Translations under genes and position numbers: made by a program
Shown: one piece after another, positions 1 to 10,679 of the stretch
Layout of the letters: each line of letters begins with the position of its first letter
Position numbering within the stretch: position 1 is the first letter of the stretch
Assembly: GCA_018823025.1 (NCBI GenBank)
Contig: JAHJJI010000115.1
Location: forward strand, 1,833-65,832
Reading direction: 5' to 3'
Length of the DNA stretch: 64,000 nt
Origin: Gammaproteobacteria bacterium
GTDB lineage: Bacteria; Pseudomonadota; Gammaproteobacteria; Burkholderiales; Sulfuricellaceae
The notes under the pieces: model-generated
Told to the model about the DNA's origin: nothing
Databases searched by the model: none
What the model saw: only the letters and a program-made list of their open reading frames with translations

Positions 1-1665
1 AAAGCCACCCCTCGCTCCTGGCAAATGACGCTGCTGACCACGGCGAACGAAGCTGGCATCGCCGACATCTTCGCCTTCTTCGCGCAACCGGAGCAGATCA
101 AAATCGAATCCGAAGCTACCCAGCCACAAACAGCAGCGAACGAAGACGACACGGGTTATGGATTCTTTACCGATACCGAAGCACCCGCTGAAGAAGACCC
201 CGGTTACGGCTTTTTCACAGATGTAGCGGCAACCCCTGTCTCGGATTCGGGTGACGAAAGTTTTGGTTTTTTTGTAGATGTCTCGGCGGCACTGGCAGTT
301 CAACAGGCCGATGAAAAGCGCGGTTATGGTTTTTTCAAAGAAATCGACACCGCAGCAGGCATCCCTGCTGCTGAAGAACAGCCTGAAACCTACACCTCCG
401 CTGCCGCACCCCAACCGCTGACCAACCCTGACGAGCCTGCCAGCCCACCCGCGAACCCGGGCCGCCGTGCGACAGACAAGGCGCCTGCCAGCGCACAGGC
501 TGAATCCGCCTCTATCCGGGTCGGCATCGACAAGGTGGATCAGTTGATCAACCTTGTCGGCGAACTGGTGATTACCCAAGCCATGCTGGCTCAGACCGCC
601 TCCGAAGTGGATGCTGCAATCTTCGAAAAACTGCAGAACGGTCTTTCCCAGCTGGAACGCAACACCCGCGATCTGCAGGAATCGGTGATGTCGATCCGGA
701 TGATGCCGATCAGCTTCGCCTTCAGCCGCTTCCCGCGCGTGGTCAGGGATCTGGCTTCCAAACTGCAAAAGAAAGTCGAACTGGTCACCATCGGTGAGGG
801 CACCGAACTGGACAAGGGCCTGATCGAAAAAATCACCGACCCGCTCACCCACCTGGTGCGCAACAGTCTGGATCACGGTATCGAACTGCCGGAGGCACGC
901 ATTGCCGCCGGCAAACCGGCGCAGGGCACCATCACTCTGCAGGCCGCCCACCAAGGCGGGAACGTGGTGATCTCGGTCAACGACGACGGCGCCGGGCTGA
1001 ACCGGGAAAGAATCCTGGCCAAAGCCCGTGAAAAAGATATTCCGGTCAGCGATTCCATGCCCGACAGCGAAGTCTGGCAACTGATTTTCGCCCCCGGCTT
1101 TTCCACTGCCGACGTGGTCACCGATGTGTCCGGTCGCGGCGTCGGCATGGACGTGGTAAAAAGAAACATCCTTGCCATGGGCGGTCAGGTCGAGATCGAA
1201 TCCTCTGCCGGATGGGGTAGCCGGATCACCATCCGCCTGCCGCTGACCCTGGCCATTCTGGATGGCATGTCGATTGCGGTGGGCGGCCAGATCTTCATCA
1301 TCCCGCTGACTTTTATCACCGAATCATTGCAACCCACGGCGGAAGAGGTCAAAACCATCACCGGCAAGGGCCGCGTGGTCCATGTACGCGGAGAATATTT
1401 GCCACTGATCGCCTTGCATGAAGTCTTCGGCATCACACCCCGCATTACCGATCCGCAGCAGGGGATCGTGGTCCTGCTCGAAGCCGAAGGCAAGAAAGCG
1501 GCTTTGTTCGTGGACGAGCTGGTCGGCCAGCACCAAGTGGTGATCAAGACGCTGGAAACCAATTACCGCAAGGTGCCGGGCGTTTCCGCCGCGACCATCA
1601 TGGGCGACGGCAAGGTGGCGATGATTCTGGATATCGGGGCGCTGGTGCGGATCAGGCAACAGTAA
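1..1665 (+). CDS. cheA: Chemotaxis histidine kinase CheA, 5' end outside the window
   Basis: Frame 1 is open from base 1 (no stop before the ATG at 25), and no HPt/P1 domain is visible, so the gene starts upstream. The product has a dimerisation region (IRVGIDKVDQLINLVGELVI), HATPase boxes (HLVRNSLDHGIE, DDGAGL, GRGVGMDVV) and a C-terminal CheW-like domain. Confidence 0.9.
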   Translation, partial: KATPRSWQMTLLTTANEAGIADIFAFFAQPEQIKIESEATQPQTAANEDDTGYGFFTDTEAPAEEDPGYGFFTDVAATPVSDSGDESFGFFVDVSAALAVQQADEKRGYGFFKEIDTAAGIPAAEEQPETYTSAAAPQPLTNPDEPASPPANPGRRATDKAPASAQAESASIRVGIDKVDQLINLVGELVITQAMLAQTASEVDAAIFEKLQNGLSQLERNTRDLQESVMSIRMMPISFAFSRFPRVVRDLASKLQKKVELVTIGEGTELDKGLIEKITDPLTHLVRNSLDHGIELPEARIAAGKPAQGTITLQAAHQGGNVVISVNDDGAGLNRERILAKAREKDIPVSDSMPDSEVWQLIFAPGFSTADVVTDVSGRGVGMDVVKRNILAMGGQVEIESSAGWGSRITIRLPLTLAILDGMSIAVGGQIFIIPLTFITESLQPTAEEVKTITGKGRVVHVRGEYLPLIALHEVFGITPRITDPQQGIVVLLEAEGKKAALFVDELVGQHQVVIKTLETNYRKVPGVSAATIMGDGKVAMILDIGALVRIRQQ

Positions 1666-1754
1666 TCAATTCTGCCGAACATCGAAACTCATAACCGGCG
1701 ACGATAAATAAAACTGTTTTAGCAAAAATCAAATAAATTCTGGGGGAATGCGCA

Positions 1755-4589
1755 ATGAAAATCAACATGCCGGTGACCAATAATGAGTATGTCATCAAGG
1801 ACACGGACTCCATCGTTTCCAAGACCGACCTGAAGGGCGCCATCACCTACATCAACGCAGACTTCCTGCGCATCAGCGGTTTTACCTCGGCAGAGTTGAT
1901 CGGCACTTCGCACAACATCGTGCGCCATCCGGATATGCCGCCGGAAGCTTTCGCGGATCTCTGGAGGTCCCTGAAAGCCGGTTCCCCGTGGACCGGGCTG
2001 GTCAAGAATCGCTGCAAGAATGGCGACTATTACTGGGTGCTGGCCAATGCCACGCCGATCTACGAAAATGGTCAACTGGCCGGCTACATGTCGGTGCGTA
2101 GCAAGCCCACTCAGGCGCAAGTCGCAGCCGCATCCCAGGCCTACCAGTTGTTCCGTGAAGGCCGGGCAGGCAATCTGCGTATTCAGGATGGCAAAGTCGT
2201 CAAATCCAGCATTTTTTCGAAGATCAACCTGTTCAAGAATTTCAATATCAAGTCCCGCCTGGCCACCGTCATCGGCATCATGGCGGTTCTGATGCTGGTC
2301 ATAGGCGGCATGGGCCTGCTCGGCATGAACAAGGTCAATGACGGCCTGCGCACCGTGTTTGAAGATCGTACCACCCCCTTGATGGATCTCGGACTCATCA
2401 TCGACATGGCCAACCGCATACGCACCAATGCCGTAGTCGCGGCCAATGCTCCCAAGCCGGAGGTGGCGATAAAAGCCACTGCAGACACCGCCGAAATAGA
2501 TAAAGACATTGACAAATTATGGGCAAAATACATCGCCACCACCCTGACGCCGGATGAAAAGCAACTGACGGACAATTTTGACTCGCAATGGAAGACTTAC
2601 GTGGAATCGCGCAACCGTACCATGAAGCTGTCGGTAGACGGTGACTACCCTGCAGCCAAGGAAAATGCGGCCAAGGATGCGGGACCGAAATTTGCCGCCG
2701 CGCGCGAAACGCTGTTCAAGCTGATCGAGCTACAGGGCAGTGTGGCCAAGTCGGAATTCGAAGCGGCGCAAGTGCGCTATGACAACACCCGCAATACCGT
2801 CATCGGGTTGATCGTGGCAGGCATCATGGTAGCACTGTGGCTGGGCATCGCCCTGCTCCGCGCCATCACGCGTCCGCTTGGCGTTGCCATCGGCCACTTC
2901 GGCCAGATTGCCCAGGGCAATTACAACAACACCATTGATATCGAACGCCATGACGAGATCGGCAAGGTAATTGAATCGCTCAAGTCGATGCAAATCAAAC
3001 TCGGCTTCGACGTCGCCGAATCCAACCGGGTCGCCGACGAAAATCTGCGCATCAGGATCGGTCTGGACAACGTCAGCACCGGCGTGATGATTGCCGACAA
3101 TGACCGTAACATCATTTACGTCAACAAATCGGTGGTCAATATCCTCGGCAAGGCTGAAGCAGACATCCGCAAGCAATTGCCGAATTTCTCGGTCGCCAAT
3201 CTGGTGGGCACCAATATCGACACCTTCCACAAGAATCCTGCACATCAGGCGCAACTGCTCTCCACCCTCAGCACCACCTATACCGCCAGCATGGATCTGG
3301 GCGGCCGCTCCATGGTGGTGAGTGCCAGCCCGGTCATCAACGAGCAAGGCTACCGCCTGGGCGCAGTGGCCGAATGGCAGGACCGCACCGCCGAAGTGGC
3401 GGTGGAGAAAGAGGTGGCCTCGATTGTGGAAGGCGCTGTCATGGGCGACTTCACCCGGCGCATCGAGATGCAGGGCAAGGAAGGCTTCTTCAAACAGCTG
3501 GGTGAAGGTATGAACCAGTTGCTGCAAACCAGCGAAACCGGCCTCAACGAAGTAGTGCGTGTACTCGGAGCTCTGTCCCGCGGTGACCTGACGGAAAAAA
3601 TCACCACCGAGTATTCCGGCACCTTCGGCCAGCTCAAGGATGATTCCAACAGCACGGTGGAGCAACTCAAGGAAATCGTCGGCCAGATCAAGGAAGCGGT
3701 GGAATCCATCAACACCGGTGCCAAGGAAATCGCCCAGGGCAACCAGGATCTTTCCCAGCGCACCGAGGAGCAGGCCTCCAGTCTGGAAGAAACTGCTTCC
3801 AGCATGGAAGAGCTCACTTCCACCGTGAAGCAGAACGCCGAGAACGCCAAGCAGGCCAACCAGCTCGCCATCGGTGCTTCCGATGTCGCCGGCAAGGGCG
3901 GCGCGGTGGTGGGGCAGGTGGTGGATACCATGGCCTCGATCAACGAATCCTCACGCAAGATCGTCGACATCATTTCGGTGATCGATGGCATCGCCTTCCA
4001 GACCAACATCCTGGCCCTGAACGCCGCAGTCGAGGCAGCACGTGCCGGTGAGCAGGGCCGCGGTTTCGCGGTGGTCGCTGCCGAGGTACGCAACCTGGCT
4101 CAGCGCTCCGCTGCCGCCGCCAAGGAGATCAAGACCCTGATCGGCGATTCTGTGGATAAGGTGGAGAACGGCTCCAAGCTGGTGCAACAGGCTGGCAGTA
4201 CCATGGAAGAGATCGTCAACAGCATCAAGCGCGTGACCGACATCATGGCCGAAATTACCGCGGCTTCGGTAGAACAGAGTTCGGGTATCGAGCAGGTGAA
4301 TATGGCCATCACGCAGATGGACGAGGTCACTCAGCAGAATGCCGCGCTGGTCGAGGAAGCCGCGGCCGCCGCCGAGTCGCTGGAAGAGCAGGCGCAGAAT
4401 CTGTCTCAGTCGGTCTCGGTGTTCAAGCTGGACAATACCGGAAGCCGTGCTTCGACTTCCCGCCAGCTCGCCGCCCCGACCAAGACAGCCATGGCGCCGC
4501 GCCGCGCCACCGCGCCGGCCAGGTCCGCACCCAAACCGGCCAAGGCGGCCAAGGCGGCCAGCGATGGGGATGAGTGGCAGGAGTTCTAA
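1755..4589 (+). CDS. Methyl-accepting chemotaxis protein with N-terminal Aer-type PAS, TM-flanked periplasmic helical domain, HAMP, second PAS and MA signalling domain
   Basis: The N-terminus ([18 protein letters not shown]...[15 protein letters not shown]) closely resembles the E. coli Aer FAD-PAS as I recall it. Hydrophobic segments sit near aa 185-205 and 345-365. The MCP hairpin core is conserved ([25 protein letters not shown]). The C-terminus is DEWQEF. Confidence 0.9.
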   Translation: MKINMPVTNNEYVIKDTDSIVSKTDLKGAITYINADFLRISGFTSAELIGTSHNIVRHPDMPPEAFADLWRSLKAGSPWTGLVKNRCKNGDYYWVLANATPIYENGQLAGYMSVRSKPTQAQVAAASQAYQLFREGRAGNLRIQDGKVVKSSIFSKINLFKNFNIKSRLATVIGIMAVLMLVIGGMGLLGMNKVNDGLRTVFEDRTTPLMDLGLIIDMANRIRTNAVVAANAPKPEVAIKATADTAEIDKDIDKLWAKYIATTLTPDEKQLTDNFDSQWKTYVESRNRTMKLSVDGDYPAAKENAAKDAGPKFAAARETLFKLIELQGSVAKSEFEAAQVRYDNTRNTVIGLIVAGIMVALWLGIALLRAITRPLGVAIGHFGQIAQGNYNNTIDIERHDEIGKVIESLKSMQIKLGFDVAESNRVADENLRIRIGLDNVSTGVMIADNDRNIIYVNKSVVNILGKAEADIRKQLPNFSVANLVGTNIDTFHKNPAHQAQLLSTLSTTYTASMDLGGRSMVVSASPVINEQGYRLGAVAEWQDRTAEVAVEKEVASIVEGAVMGDFTRRIEMQGKEGFFKQLGEGMNQLLQTSETGLNEVVRVLGALSRGDLTEKITTEYSGTFGQLKDDSNSTVEQLKEIVGQIKEAVESINTGAKEIAQGNQDLSQRTEEQASSLEETASSMEELTSTVKQNAENAKQANQLAIGASDVAGKGGAVVGQVVDTMASINESSRKIVDIISVIDGIAFQTNILALNAAVEAARAGEQGRGFAVVAAEVRNLAQRSAAAAKEIKTLIGDSVDKVENGSKLVQQAGSTMEEIVNSIKRVTDIMAEITAASVEQSSGIEQVNMAITQMDEVTQQNAALVEEAAAAAESLEEQAQNLSQSVSVFKLDNTGSRASTSRQLAAPTKTAMAPRRATAPARSAPKPAKAAKAASDGDEWQEF

Positions 4590-4700
4590 TGTAGGGTGGG
4601 CAAAAAATAGTATGAGCAGGATGGATGGAGCCTAGTGATACCCATCAATCATCACCATAAAGCGATGGGTATCGGCGCAAGCGCCTCAACCCATCCTACG
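4590..4700. repeat. REP-like imperfect palindromic intergenic element
   Basis: Outer arms are gtagggtggg / cccatcctac. Inner arms are ggatggatggagcctagtgataccca / tgggtatcggcgcaagcgcctcaacccatcc. It is related to the element at 10242-10317. Confidence 0.5.
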
Positions 4701-4718
4701 CACTAAAAAGGAGTCAAC

Positions 4719-5210
4719 ATGACACAAAGCGGCACGGAGAACACCGACAGCAGCGCGGTAGGCAACGAATTCCTCACCTTCACCCTGGGCAAGGAGGAGT
4801 ATGGCATTGATATCCTCAAGGTACAGGAAATCCGCGGTTACGATGCGGTTACCGCAATCGCCAACACCCCGGAATTCATCAAAGGGGTGATTAACCTGCG
4901 CGGCATAATCGTGCCCATCGTGGACATGCGCATCAAGTTCCATCTAGGCAAGGTCGAATACGACCAGTTCACCGTAGTGATCATCCTGAATGTCGCCCAC
5001 CGCGTGGTCGGCATGGTTGTGGACGGCGTCTCCGATGTCATCACCCTCAATCCGGATCAGGTCAAGGCCGCGCCAGAATTCGGATCAGCCATCGATACCC
5101 AGTACGTGATGGGCCTGGGCACAGTGGACGAGCGCATGCTGATCCTGGTGGATATCGAACGGCTCATGACCAGCAGCGACATGGAGTTGATGGAAAGCGT
5201 AGCTGCATAA
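4719..5210 (+). CDS. cheW: Chemotaxis coupling protein CheW
   Basis: 163 aa with a typical CheW fold sequence ([24 protein letters not shown]...[20 protein letters not shown]). It lies within the che operon. Confidence 0.9.
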   Translation: MTQSGTENTDSSAVGNEFLTFTLGKEEYGIDILKVQEIRGYDAVTAIANTPEFIKGVINLRGIIVPIVDMRIKFHLGKVEYDQFTVVIILNVAHRVVGMVVDGVSDVITLNPDQVKAAPEFGSAIDTQYVMGLGTVDERMLILVDIERLMTSSDMELMESVAA

Positions 5211-5261
5211 CCGTTTAAATATTCAAATTACCAGCAAATCGAACCAAAAAAGGAACCCCCA

Positions 5262-7496
5262 ATGTTCAACAACCTCAGCATCAAGTCACGCCTGCTGTTC
5301 ATGATCGGCTTCATGTCCGTTCTCCTGATCGGCATCGGGATATACGGGCTGTACGGAATGGCCAAAAGCAACGAAGGCCTGAAAATGGTTTACGAAGACC
5401 GAACGGTTCCCATGGGTCAACTGGACACCATCGTCAGGGCCCTGTTACGCAACCGGATTGCGAACGCCAATGCGATCAACGACCCGACCCCGGCAAGCAT
5501 CCAGAAATTCACCACCGAGATCGAGAGCAACATCGAGCTGATCACCAAGACCTGGGATGCCTACATGGCGACCACCCTGACGGCCGAAGAGAAGATTTTG
5601 GCCGACAAGTTTGCCGATGACCGCAAGCGTTTCGTGGTGGAAGGCCTAAAGGCCTCAATTACCGCCTTGCGCGCCAATAAAATCGATGAAGCAAAGCAAA
5701 TCGTCGAAACCAAGATTCGCCCCCTGTACAAGCCCGTTGGCGAAGGGATCGATGCGCTGATCAAGCTCCAGCTCGACGTCGCCAAGAACGAATTCGAAGC
5801 AAGCACGGCACGCTACAGCAGCACCCGCAATATCGCCATTACCGTTATCGTACTCGGCGTCCTGCTGGCCCTGTGGAGCGGATTCCTGCTGATGCGCGCT
5901 ATCCTGCGGCCGCTGGAAACGGCACAGGAAATAGCGGGCAAGATCGCCGCCGGCGACCTGAGCAGCAACATCGTAATCCACCAGAATGACGAAGTCGGCA
6001 AGCTGCTCCATTCCTTCAAGTCCATGCAGGATGCGCTCACCATGCTGGTAAAGGACATCCAGGTGGTCGTGAATGCGGGCTCTCAAGGCGATCTCAGCAA
6101 GAAGGTCGATCTGTCCAACAAGCAGGGCTTCGGCAAGGCTATCGGCGAATCCCTGAACCAGCTCGCCGAAACCACCCAGGTCAGCCTCGGCGATATCCTG
6201 CGTGTCGCCAAGGCATTGGCTGATGGCGATCTGTCCCAGAAGATCACCAAGATCTACCCCGGCACATTCGGCGAAGTGTCAGCTGGTGTAAACGTCACGG
6301 TCGATGCCCTGAACAAGATCGTGACGGAAATCGACACCCTCGTGGCGGCTGCGGCGCAGGGCGATTTGAACAACAAAATGAACCTTTCCGACAAGCAGGG
6401 CTATACCAAGCGCCTCTCCGAATTGCTTAACCAGTTCTCCGATACGGTCGGCATTAGCCTCAACGACATCCTGCGTGTTGCCGTTGCGCTGTCCAAGGGC
6501 GACCTGACCCAGTCCATCACCAAGGAATACCCCGGCACTTTCGGCGAGGTAAAAGATGGCATCAACGGCACGGTGGACAACCTCAAGACGCTCGTCAACG
6601 AGATCAAGGTGGCGGTGGAAGGCATCAACACCGGCTCCAAGGAAATTGCGCAAGGCAACCAGGACCTTTCGCAGCGCACTGAAGAGCAAGCCTCCAGCCT
6701 GGAAGAAACCGCTTCCAGCATGGAAGAACTCACTTCTACCGTGAAACAGAACGCCGAGAATGCCAAGCAGGCCAACCAGCTCGCCATCGGTGCTTCCGGC
6801 GTGGCCGGCAAGGGCGGTGCGGTGGTCAATCAAGTGGTCGGCACCATGGCTTCGATCAACGAGTCGTCGCGCAAGATTGTCGACATCATCTCCGTCATCG
6901 ATGGCATCGCCTTCCAGACCAACATCCTGGCCCTGAACGCCGCCGTAGAAGCGGCCCGTGCCGGTGAACAAGGCCGTGGCTTCGCGGTAGTGGCCGCCGA
7001 GGTGCGCAATCTGGCGCAGCGCTCCGCTGCTGCCGCCAAGGAGATCAAGACCCTGATCGGCGATTCGGTGGACAAGGTGGAGAACGGTACCAAGCTGGTC
7101 GGCGAGGCCGGTCAGACGATGGAAGAGATCGTCACCAGCATCAAGCGCGTCACCGACATCATGGCGGAAATTTCCGCCGCTTCGACGGAGCAAAGCGCCG
7201 GCATCGAACAGGTGAACCAGGCCATCACCCAGATGGACGAAGTCACCCAGCAGAACGCCGCGCTGGTGGAAGAAGCCGCAGCTGCCGCCGAATCGCTGGA
7301 AGAACAGGCGCAGAATCTGTCGCAGTCGGTGTCGGTATTCAAGATCGACAATGCCGGAAGTCGTGTCTCGACCTCAAGACAGCTTGCCGCTCCGAACAAA
7401 ACAGCCATGGCCCCACGTCGAGCCACCACACCAGCCAGATCCGCACCCAAGCCGGCCAAGTCCTCCAGTGATACGGATGAATGGCAGGAGTTCTAG
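5262..7496 (+). CDS. Methyl-accepting chemotaxis protein with periplasmic 4-helix-bundle type domain and repeated HAMP-like units
   Basis: It has N-terminal TM, periplasmic domain, TM and HAMP. The motif GDLS/GDLT...ITK.YPGTFGE recurs three times. The MA domain is nearly identical to that of the upstream MCP. The C-terminus is DEWQEF. Confidence 0.9.
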   Translation: MFNNLSIKSRLLFMIGFMSVLLIGIGIYGLYGMAKSNEGLKMVYEDRTVPMGQLDTIVRALLRNRIANANAINDPTPASIQKFTTEIESNIELITKTWDAYMATTLTAEEKILADKFADDRKRFVVEGLKASITALRANKIDEAKQIVETKIRPLYKPVGEGIDALIKLQLDVAKNEFEASTARYSSTRNIAITVIVLGVLLALWSGFLLMRAILRPLETAQEIAGKIAAGDLSSNIVIHQNDEVGKLLHSFKSMQDALTMLVKDIQVVVNAGSQGDLSKKVDLSNKQGFGKAIGESLNQLAETTQVSLGDILRVAKALADGDLSQKITKIYPGTFGEVSAGVNVTVDALNKIVTEIDTLVAAAAQGDLNNKMNLSDKQGYTKRLSELLNQFSDTVGISLNDILRVAVALSKGDLTQSITKEYPGTFGEVKDGINGTVDNLKTLVNEIKVAVEGINTGSKEIAQGNQDLSQRTEEQASSLEETASSMEELTSTVKQNAENAKQANQLAIGASGVAGKGGAVVNQVVGTMASINESSRKIVDIISVIDGIAFQTNILALNAAVEAARAGEQGRGFAVVAAEVRNLAQRSAAAAKEIKTLIGDSVDKVENGTKLVGEAGQTMEEIVTSIKRVTDIMAEISAASTEQSAGIEQVNQAITQMDEVTQQNAALVEEAAAAAESLEEQAQNLSQSVSVFKIDNAGSRVSTSRQLAAPNKTAMAPRRATTPARSAPKPAKSSSDTDEWQEF

Positions 7497-7504
7497 AAAC
7501 CAGA

Positions 7505-7590
7505 CCTGAGTGCTGAGTTTAAAGTCCTGAGAGCTTAGTCTCAGCACTCAGCACTCAGGACTCAGCACTCAGGACTCAGCACTCAGGACT
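7505..7590. repeat. Inverted repeat plus about 3.5 tandem copies of a 14-bp unit (ctcagcactcagga)
   Basis: cctgagtgctgag at 7505-7517 is complementary to each ctcagcactcagg unit in the tandem array at 7540-7590. The element lies between the MCP stop (7496) and the cheR start (7601). Confidence 0.75.
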
Positions 7591-7600
7591 TAATGAAGCC

Positions 7601-8464
7601 ATGGCAGAATCTCCAATCAACGAAGCACGCGAGTTCCATTTCACTACGCAGGATTTCGAACGTATCCGCAAACTGATCTATGATCGGGCTGGCATTTCTT
7701 TGTCGCCCGCCAAGCAGGACATGGTCTATAGTCGCCTGGCTCGCCGTTTGCGCGTAACACGAATACCCAGCTTCAACGAATATCTGGCTCGCCTGGAACG
7801 GGGCGACGATGTAGAAATGGAGGCTTTCACCAACTCCCTCACCACTAATCTCACTTCCTTTTTCCGCGAGCAGCATCATTTCCCGCTCCTGGCCGATCAT
7901 GTTAAAAAGGTTGGCAGACACCATCCGATCTCGCTCTGGTGCTCCGCTTCCTCAACCGGCGAGGAGCCCTATTCCATGGCCATGACCATGGTGGATCTGT
8001 TTGGCACTTTCACGCCGCCGGTGCACATACTGGCGACGGATCTGGACACCACCGTATTGCAAAAGGCCCAGGAAGGCGTCTATCCGCTGGAGCGACTGGA
8101 AAAGATACCGGAGGAAATGGTAAAAAAGTTTTTCCTCAAGGGCACCGGGAAGCAGGAAGGCCAGGCCAGGGTGCGCAAGGAATTGCGCGACATGATCACC
8201 TTCAGGCAAATCAACCTGCTCGATGAATCCTGGCCGATGCGCGGACCGTTCGATGCAATTTTCTGCCGCAATGTCATGATCTATTTCGACAAGAAAACCC
8301 AATACGATGTACTGAAAAAATTCGTTCCGCTGCTGCACAAGGACGGCTTGCTGTTTGCCGGTCACTCGGAAAGCTTCTACCATGCTGCCGATTTGTTCAA
8401 ATCACAGGGCAAGACCATCTATGAACTAACGCCCCAGGCCAAACACCTCGCTGCCCATGGGTAA
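7601..8464 (+). CDS. cheR: Chemotaxis protein methyltransferase CheR
   Basis: N-terminal helical domain (FERIRKLIYDRAGISL) and SAM-binding domain (IWCSASSTGEEPYSMAM, IFCRNVMIYFD). Confidence 0.9.
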   Translation: MAESPINEAREFHFTTQDFERIRKLIYDRAGISLSPAKQDMVYSRLARRLRVTRIPSFNEYLARLERGDDVEMEAFTNSLTTNLTSFFREQHHFPLLADHVKKVGRHHPISLWCSASSTGEEPYSMAMTMVDLFGTFTPPVHILATDLDTTVLQKAQEGVYPLERLEKIPEEMVKKFFLKGTGKQEGQARVRKELRDMITFRQINLLDESWPMRGPFDAIFCRNVMIYFDKKTQYDVLKKFVPLLHKDGLLFAGHSESFYHAADLFKSQGKTIYELTPQAKHLAAHG

Positions 8465-8479
8465 CCGGATGAATACTCC

Positions 8480-9091
8480 ATGACCTCTCCGGATTATCAT
8501 GAAGTCCTCTCGCCTAACCTCTATTACGACCGCCATTTCAATATGGAAGCGGCCAAGATCCTGCCGGGCGAATATTACGCCACCACGCGCGACATGCTGG
8601 TCGTCACCGTGCTCGGCTCCTGCGTTTCGGTCTGCCTGCGCGACAAGACCAATGGGATCGGCGGCATGAACCATTTCATGCTGCCCCACAGCGACAACGA
8701 TCCGCAGAATCCCGTCAGCGTCTCGGCGCGCTATGGTACCTATGCGATGGAAATGCTGATCAACCACCTGATCAAGCTGGGTGCTAAACGCAATAATTTC
8801 GAAGCCAAGGTGTTCGGCGGGGGAAACGTCCTGCGTGGATTCACCGTGTCCAACGTCGGCGCCCGCAATGCCGATTTTGCTTTGGACTTTCTGTGCTCCG
8901 AAAAAATCAAGATTGTCGCCGAGGATCTGCTCGACATCTATCCGCGCAAGGTCTATTACTTTCCCAAAACCGGACGGGCACTGATCAAAAAACTGAAAAG
9001 TGTACACAATAACACCATCGTGGATCGCGAGAAGGATTACGAATCTCGCCTGGATTACGCCAAGATGGAAGGCGATGTGGAATTGTTTTAA
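8480..9091 (+). CDS. cheD: Chemoreceptor glutamine deamidase CheD
   Basis: CheD signature (ILPGEYY...VTVLGSCVSVCL.D...GIGGMNHFMLP) and operon position between cheR and cheB. Confidence 0.85.
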   Translation: MTSPDYHEVLSPNLYYDRHFNMEAAKILPGEYYATTRDMLVVTVLGSCVSVCLRDKTNGIGGMNHFMLPHSDNDPQNPVSVSARYGTYAMEMLINHLIKLGAKRNNFEAKVFGGGNVLRGFTVSNVGARNADFALDFLCSEKIKIVAEDLLDIYPRKVYYFPKTGRALIKKLKSVHNNTIVDREKDYESRLDYAKMEGDVELF

Positions 9092-9157
9092 CGTATTGCA
9101 GGTCGGGCTGAAGCATGACCTGTAATTTTCCCCTCGCCTCAAACAAGGAATGCTTGC

Positions 9158-10234
9158 ATGACCATCAAGGTTCTTATTGTCGACGACTCGGCGCTCATCC
9201 GCAGCGTGCTCAAGGAGATTATCGAAAGCCACAAAGATTTGAAGGTAGTCGGCGCTGCGCCCGATCCCCTCGTCGCCAGGGAAATGATCAAGGCACTGAA
9301 TCCCGACGTGATCACCCTTGATGTCGAAATGCCGCGCATGGATGGTCTGGATTTCCTGGAAAAGCTGATGCGCCTCAGGCCCATGCCGGTGGTGATGATT
9401 TCCACCCTCACCGAAAAAGGTTCCGACATCACCTTCCGCGCACTGGAACTGGGCGCGGTCGATTTCGTTTCCAAACCCAAACTCGATATCAGCCGCGGTT
9501 TGCAGGAATACAGCGATGAAATCGCCGACAAGATCCGCGCCGCCGCCAAGGCGCGTATGAGAAAGCCTTCTGCCATGATAGTCCAGAAAAGTCTGACAGC
9601 CGATGCCATACTGCCATCCCTGTCCAATCATATCGCCTCGACAGAAAAATTGATTATCGTTGGCGCCTCCACGGGCGGGACCGAGGCGATCAAGGACTTT
9701 CTCATCAAATTGCCGCCAGACTGCCCCGGCATCGCCATCACCCAGCACATGCCGGAGGCCTTCACCAAATCGTTCGCCCAGCGCCTCGACACCCTGTGCA
9801 AAATTTCGGTTAAGGAAGCCGAAAATGGTGACCGTATCCTGCCAGGCCATGCCTTCATCGCGCCGGGACATTCCCACTTGCTGGTAAAGCGCAGCGGCGC
9901 CAATTACGTCTGCGAGCTATCCGACGGGCCGCCCGTCAATCGTCATCGCCCCTCGGTGGACGTCCTGTTCCGCTCCGCTGCTAACCACGTGGGCAAGAAT
10001 GCCATCGGTGTAATTCTGACCGGCATGGGCAAGGATGGCGCCAAAGGGATGTTGGAGATGAAGCAAGCCGGCGCTTTCAACTTCGCCCAGGATGAAGCCA
10101 GTTGCGTGGTGTTCGGCATGCCCAAGGAAGCCATTCTCTCGGGCGGCGTCGATGAAGTCGTCCCCCTGCAGGACATGTCTGCGCGCGTTATGGCATACTT
10201 GGCAAGTCTGGGCTCACGCGCCTTCCGTGTTTAG
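9158..10234 (+). CDS. cheB: Chemotaxis response regulator protein-glutamate methylesterase CheB
   Basis: Receiver domain ([12 protein letters not shown]...[14 protein letters not shown]) and methylesterase domain ([21 protein letters not shown]). Confidence 0.9.
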   Translation: MTIKVLIVDDSALIRSVLKEIIESHKDLKVVGAAPDPLVAREMIKALNPDVITLDVEMPRMDGLDFLEKLMRLRPMPVVMISTLTEKGSDITFRALELGAVDFVSKPKLDISRGLQEYSDEIADKIRAAAKARMRKPSAMIVQKSLTADAILPSLSNHIASTEKLIIVGASTGGTEAIKDFLIKLPPDCPGIAITQHMPEAFTKSFAQRLDTLCKISVKEAENGDRILPGHAFIAPGHSHLLVKRSGANYVCELSDGPPVNRHRPSVDVLFRSAANHVGKNAIGVILTGMGKDGAKGMLEMKQAGAFNFAQDEASCVVFGMPKEAILSGGVDEVVPLQDMSARVMAYLASLGSRAFRV

Positions 10235-10241
10235 AAGGCCT

Positions 10242-10317
10242 GGGATGGGTGGAGCGTAGCGATACCATCGTTGTTCGCCATATCTTGTTGGGTATCGCTA
10301 CGCTCCACCCATCCTAC
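10242..10317. repeat. REP-like element: perfect ~24-bp inverted repeat with ~24-nt spacer
   Basis: gggatgggtggagcgtagcgatacc (10242-10266) pairs with ggtatcgctacgctccacccatcc (10291-10314). It sits downstream of cheB and may also act as a terminator. Confidence 0.7.
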
Positions 10318-10354
10318 ATGAATAGCCCCTCACTTTTAGAAAGGCCGAATCACC

Positions 10355-10660
10355 ATGCAGATAACCGTAGAAAAAAAAGGCGAAACAGCCCGACTGGTCC
10401 TCAATGGCCGTTTTGACTTCAGTTCCCACCGCGAATTTCGCAATGCCTGCGACGAGGCTTTGCAAACTCCTGAGATCAAAGTCATCGAAGCGGATTTCAG
10501 CCGTGTGGATTACCTCGACAGTTCTGCCCTGGGGATGTTGTTGCTGTTGCGCGAAAAAGCCCAGAATACGAACCTGAAGGTCTCGCTGACGAACTGTACG
10601 GGCCTCGTCCAGCAGGTACTCGATGTGGCCAACTTCCAGAGACTGTTTACCATCAGCTAG
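10355..10660 (+). CDS. STAS-domain anti-sigma-factor antagonist
   Basis: 101 aa with the conserved phosphorylatable-serine context (VDYLDSSALGMLLLL) typical of SpoIIAA/RsbV-type STAS proteins. Confidence 0.8.
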   Translation: MQITVEKKGETARLVLNGRFDFSSHREFRNACDEALQTPEIKVIEADFSRVDYLDSSALGMLLLLREKAQNTNLKVSLTNCTGLVQQVLDVANFQRLFTIS

Positions 10661-10679
10661 GGTCGCAGCACGGATACCT

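Noticed and set aside
2730-7193. Long minus-strand ORFs (2730-3665, 3350-4093, 6279-7193) inside the MCP genes
   Set aside because: They are antisense shadows of the Ala/Glu-rich MCP coding sequence.
7540-7590. Possible CRISPR array
   Set aside because: The units are contiguous 14-mers with no spacers, there are only about 3.5 copies, and no cas genes are present in the window.
8426-9877. 483-aa ORF on the minus strand
   Set aside because: It lies entirely antisense to the well-supported cheD and cheB genes in GC-rich DNA and has no recognisable motif. It is a typical shadow ORF.
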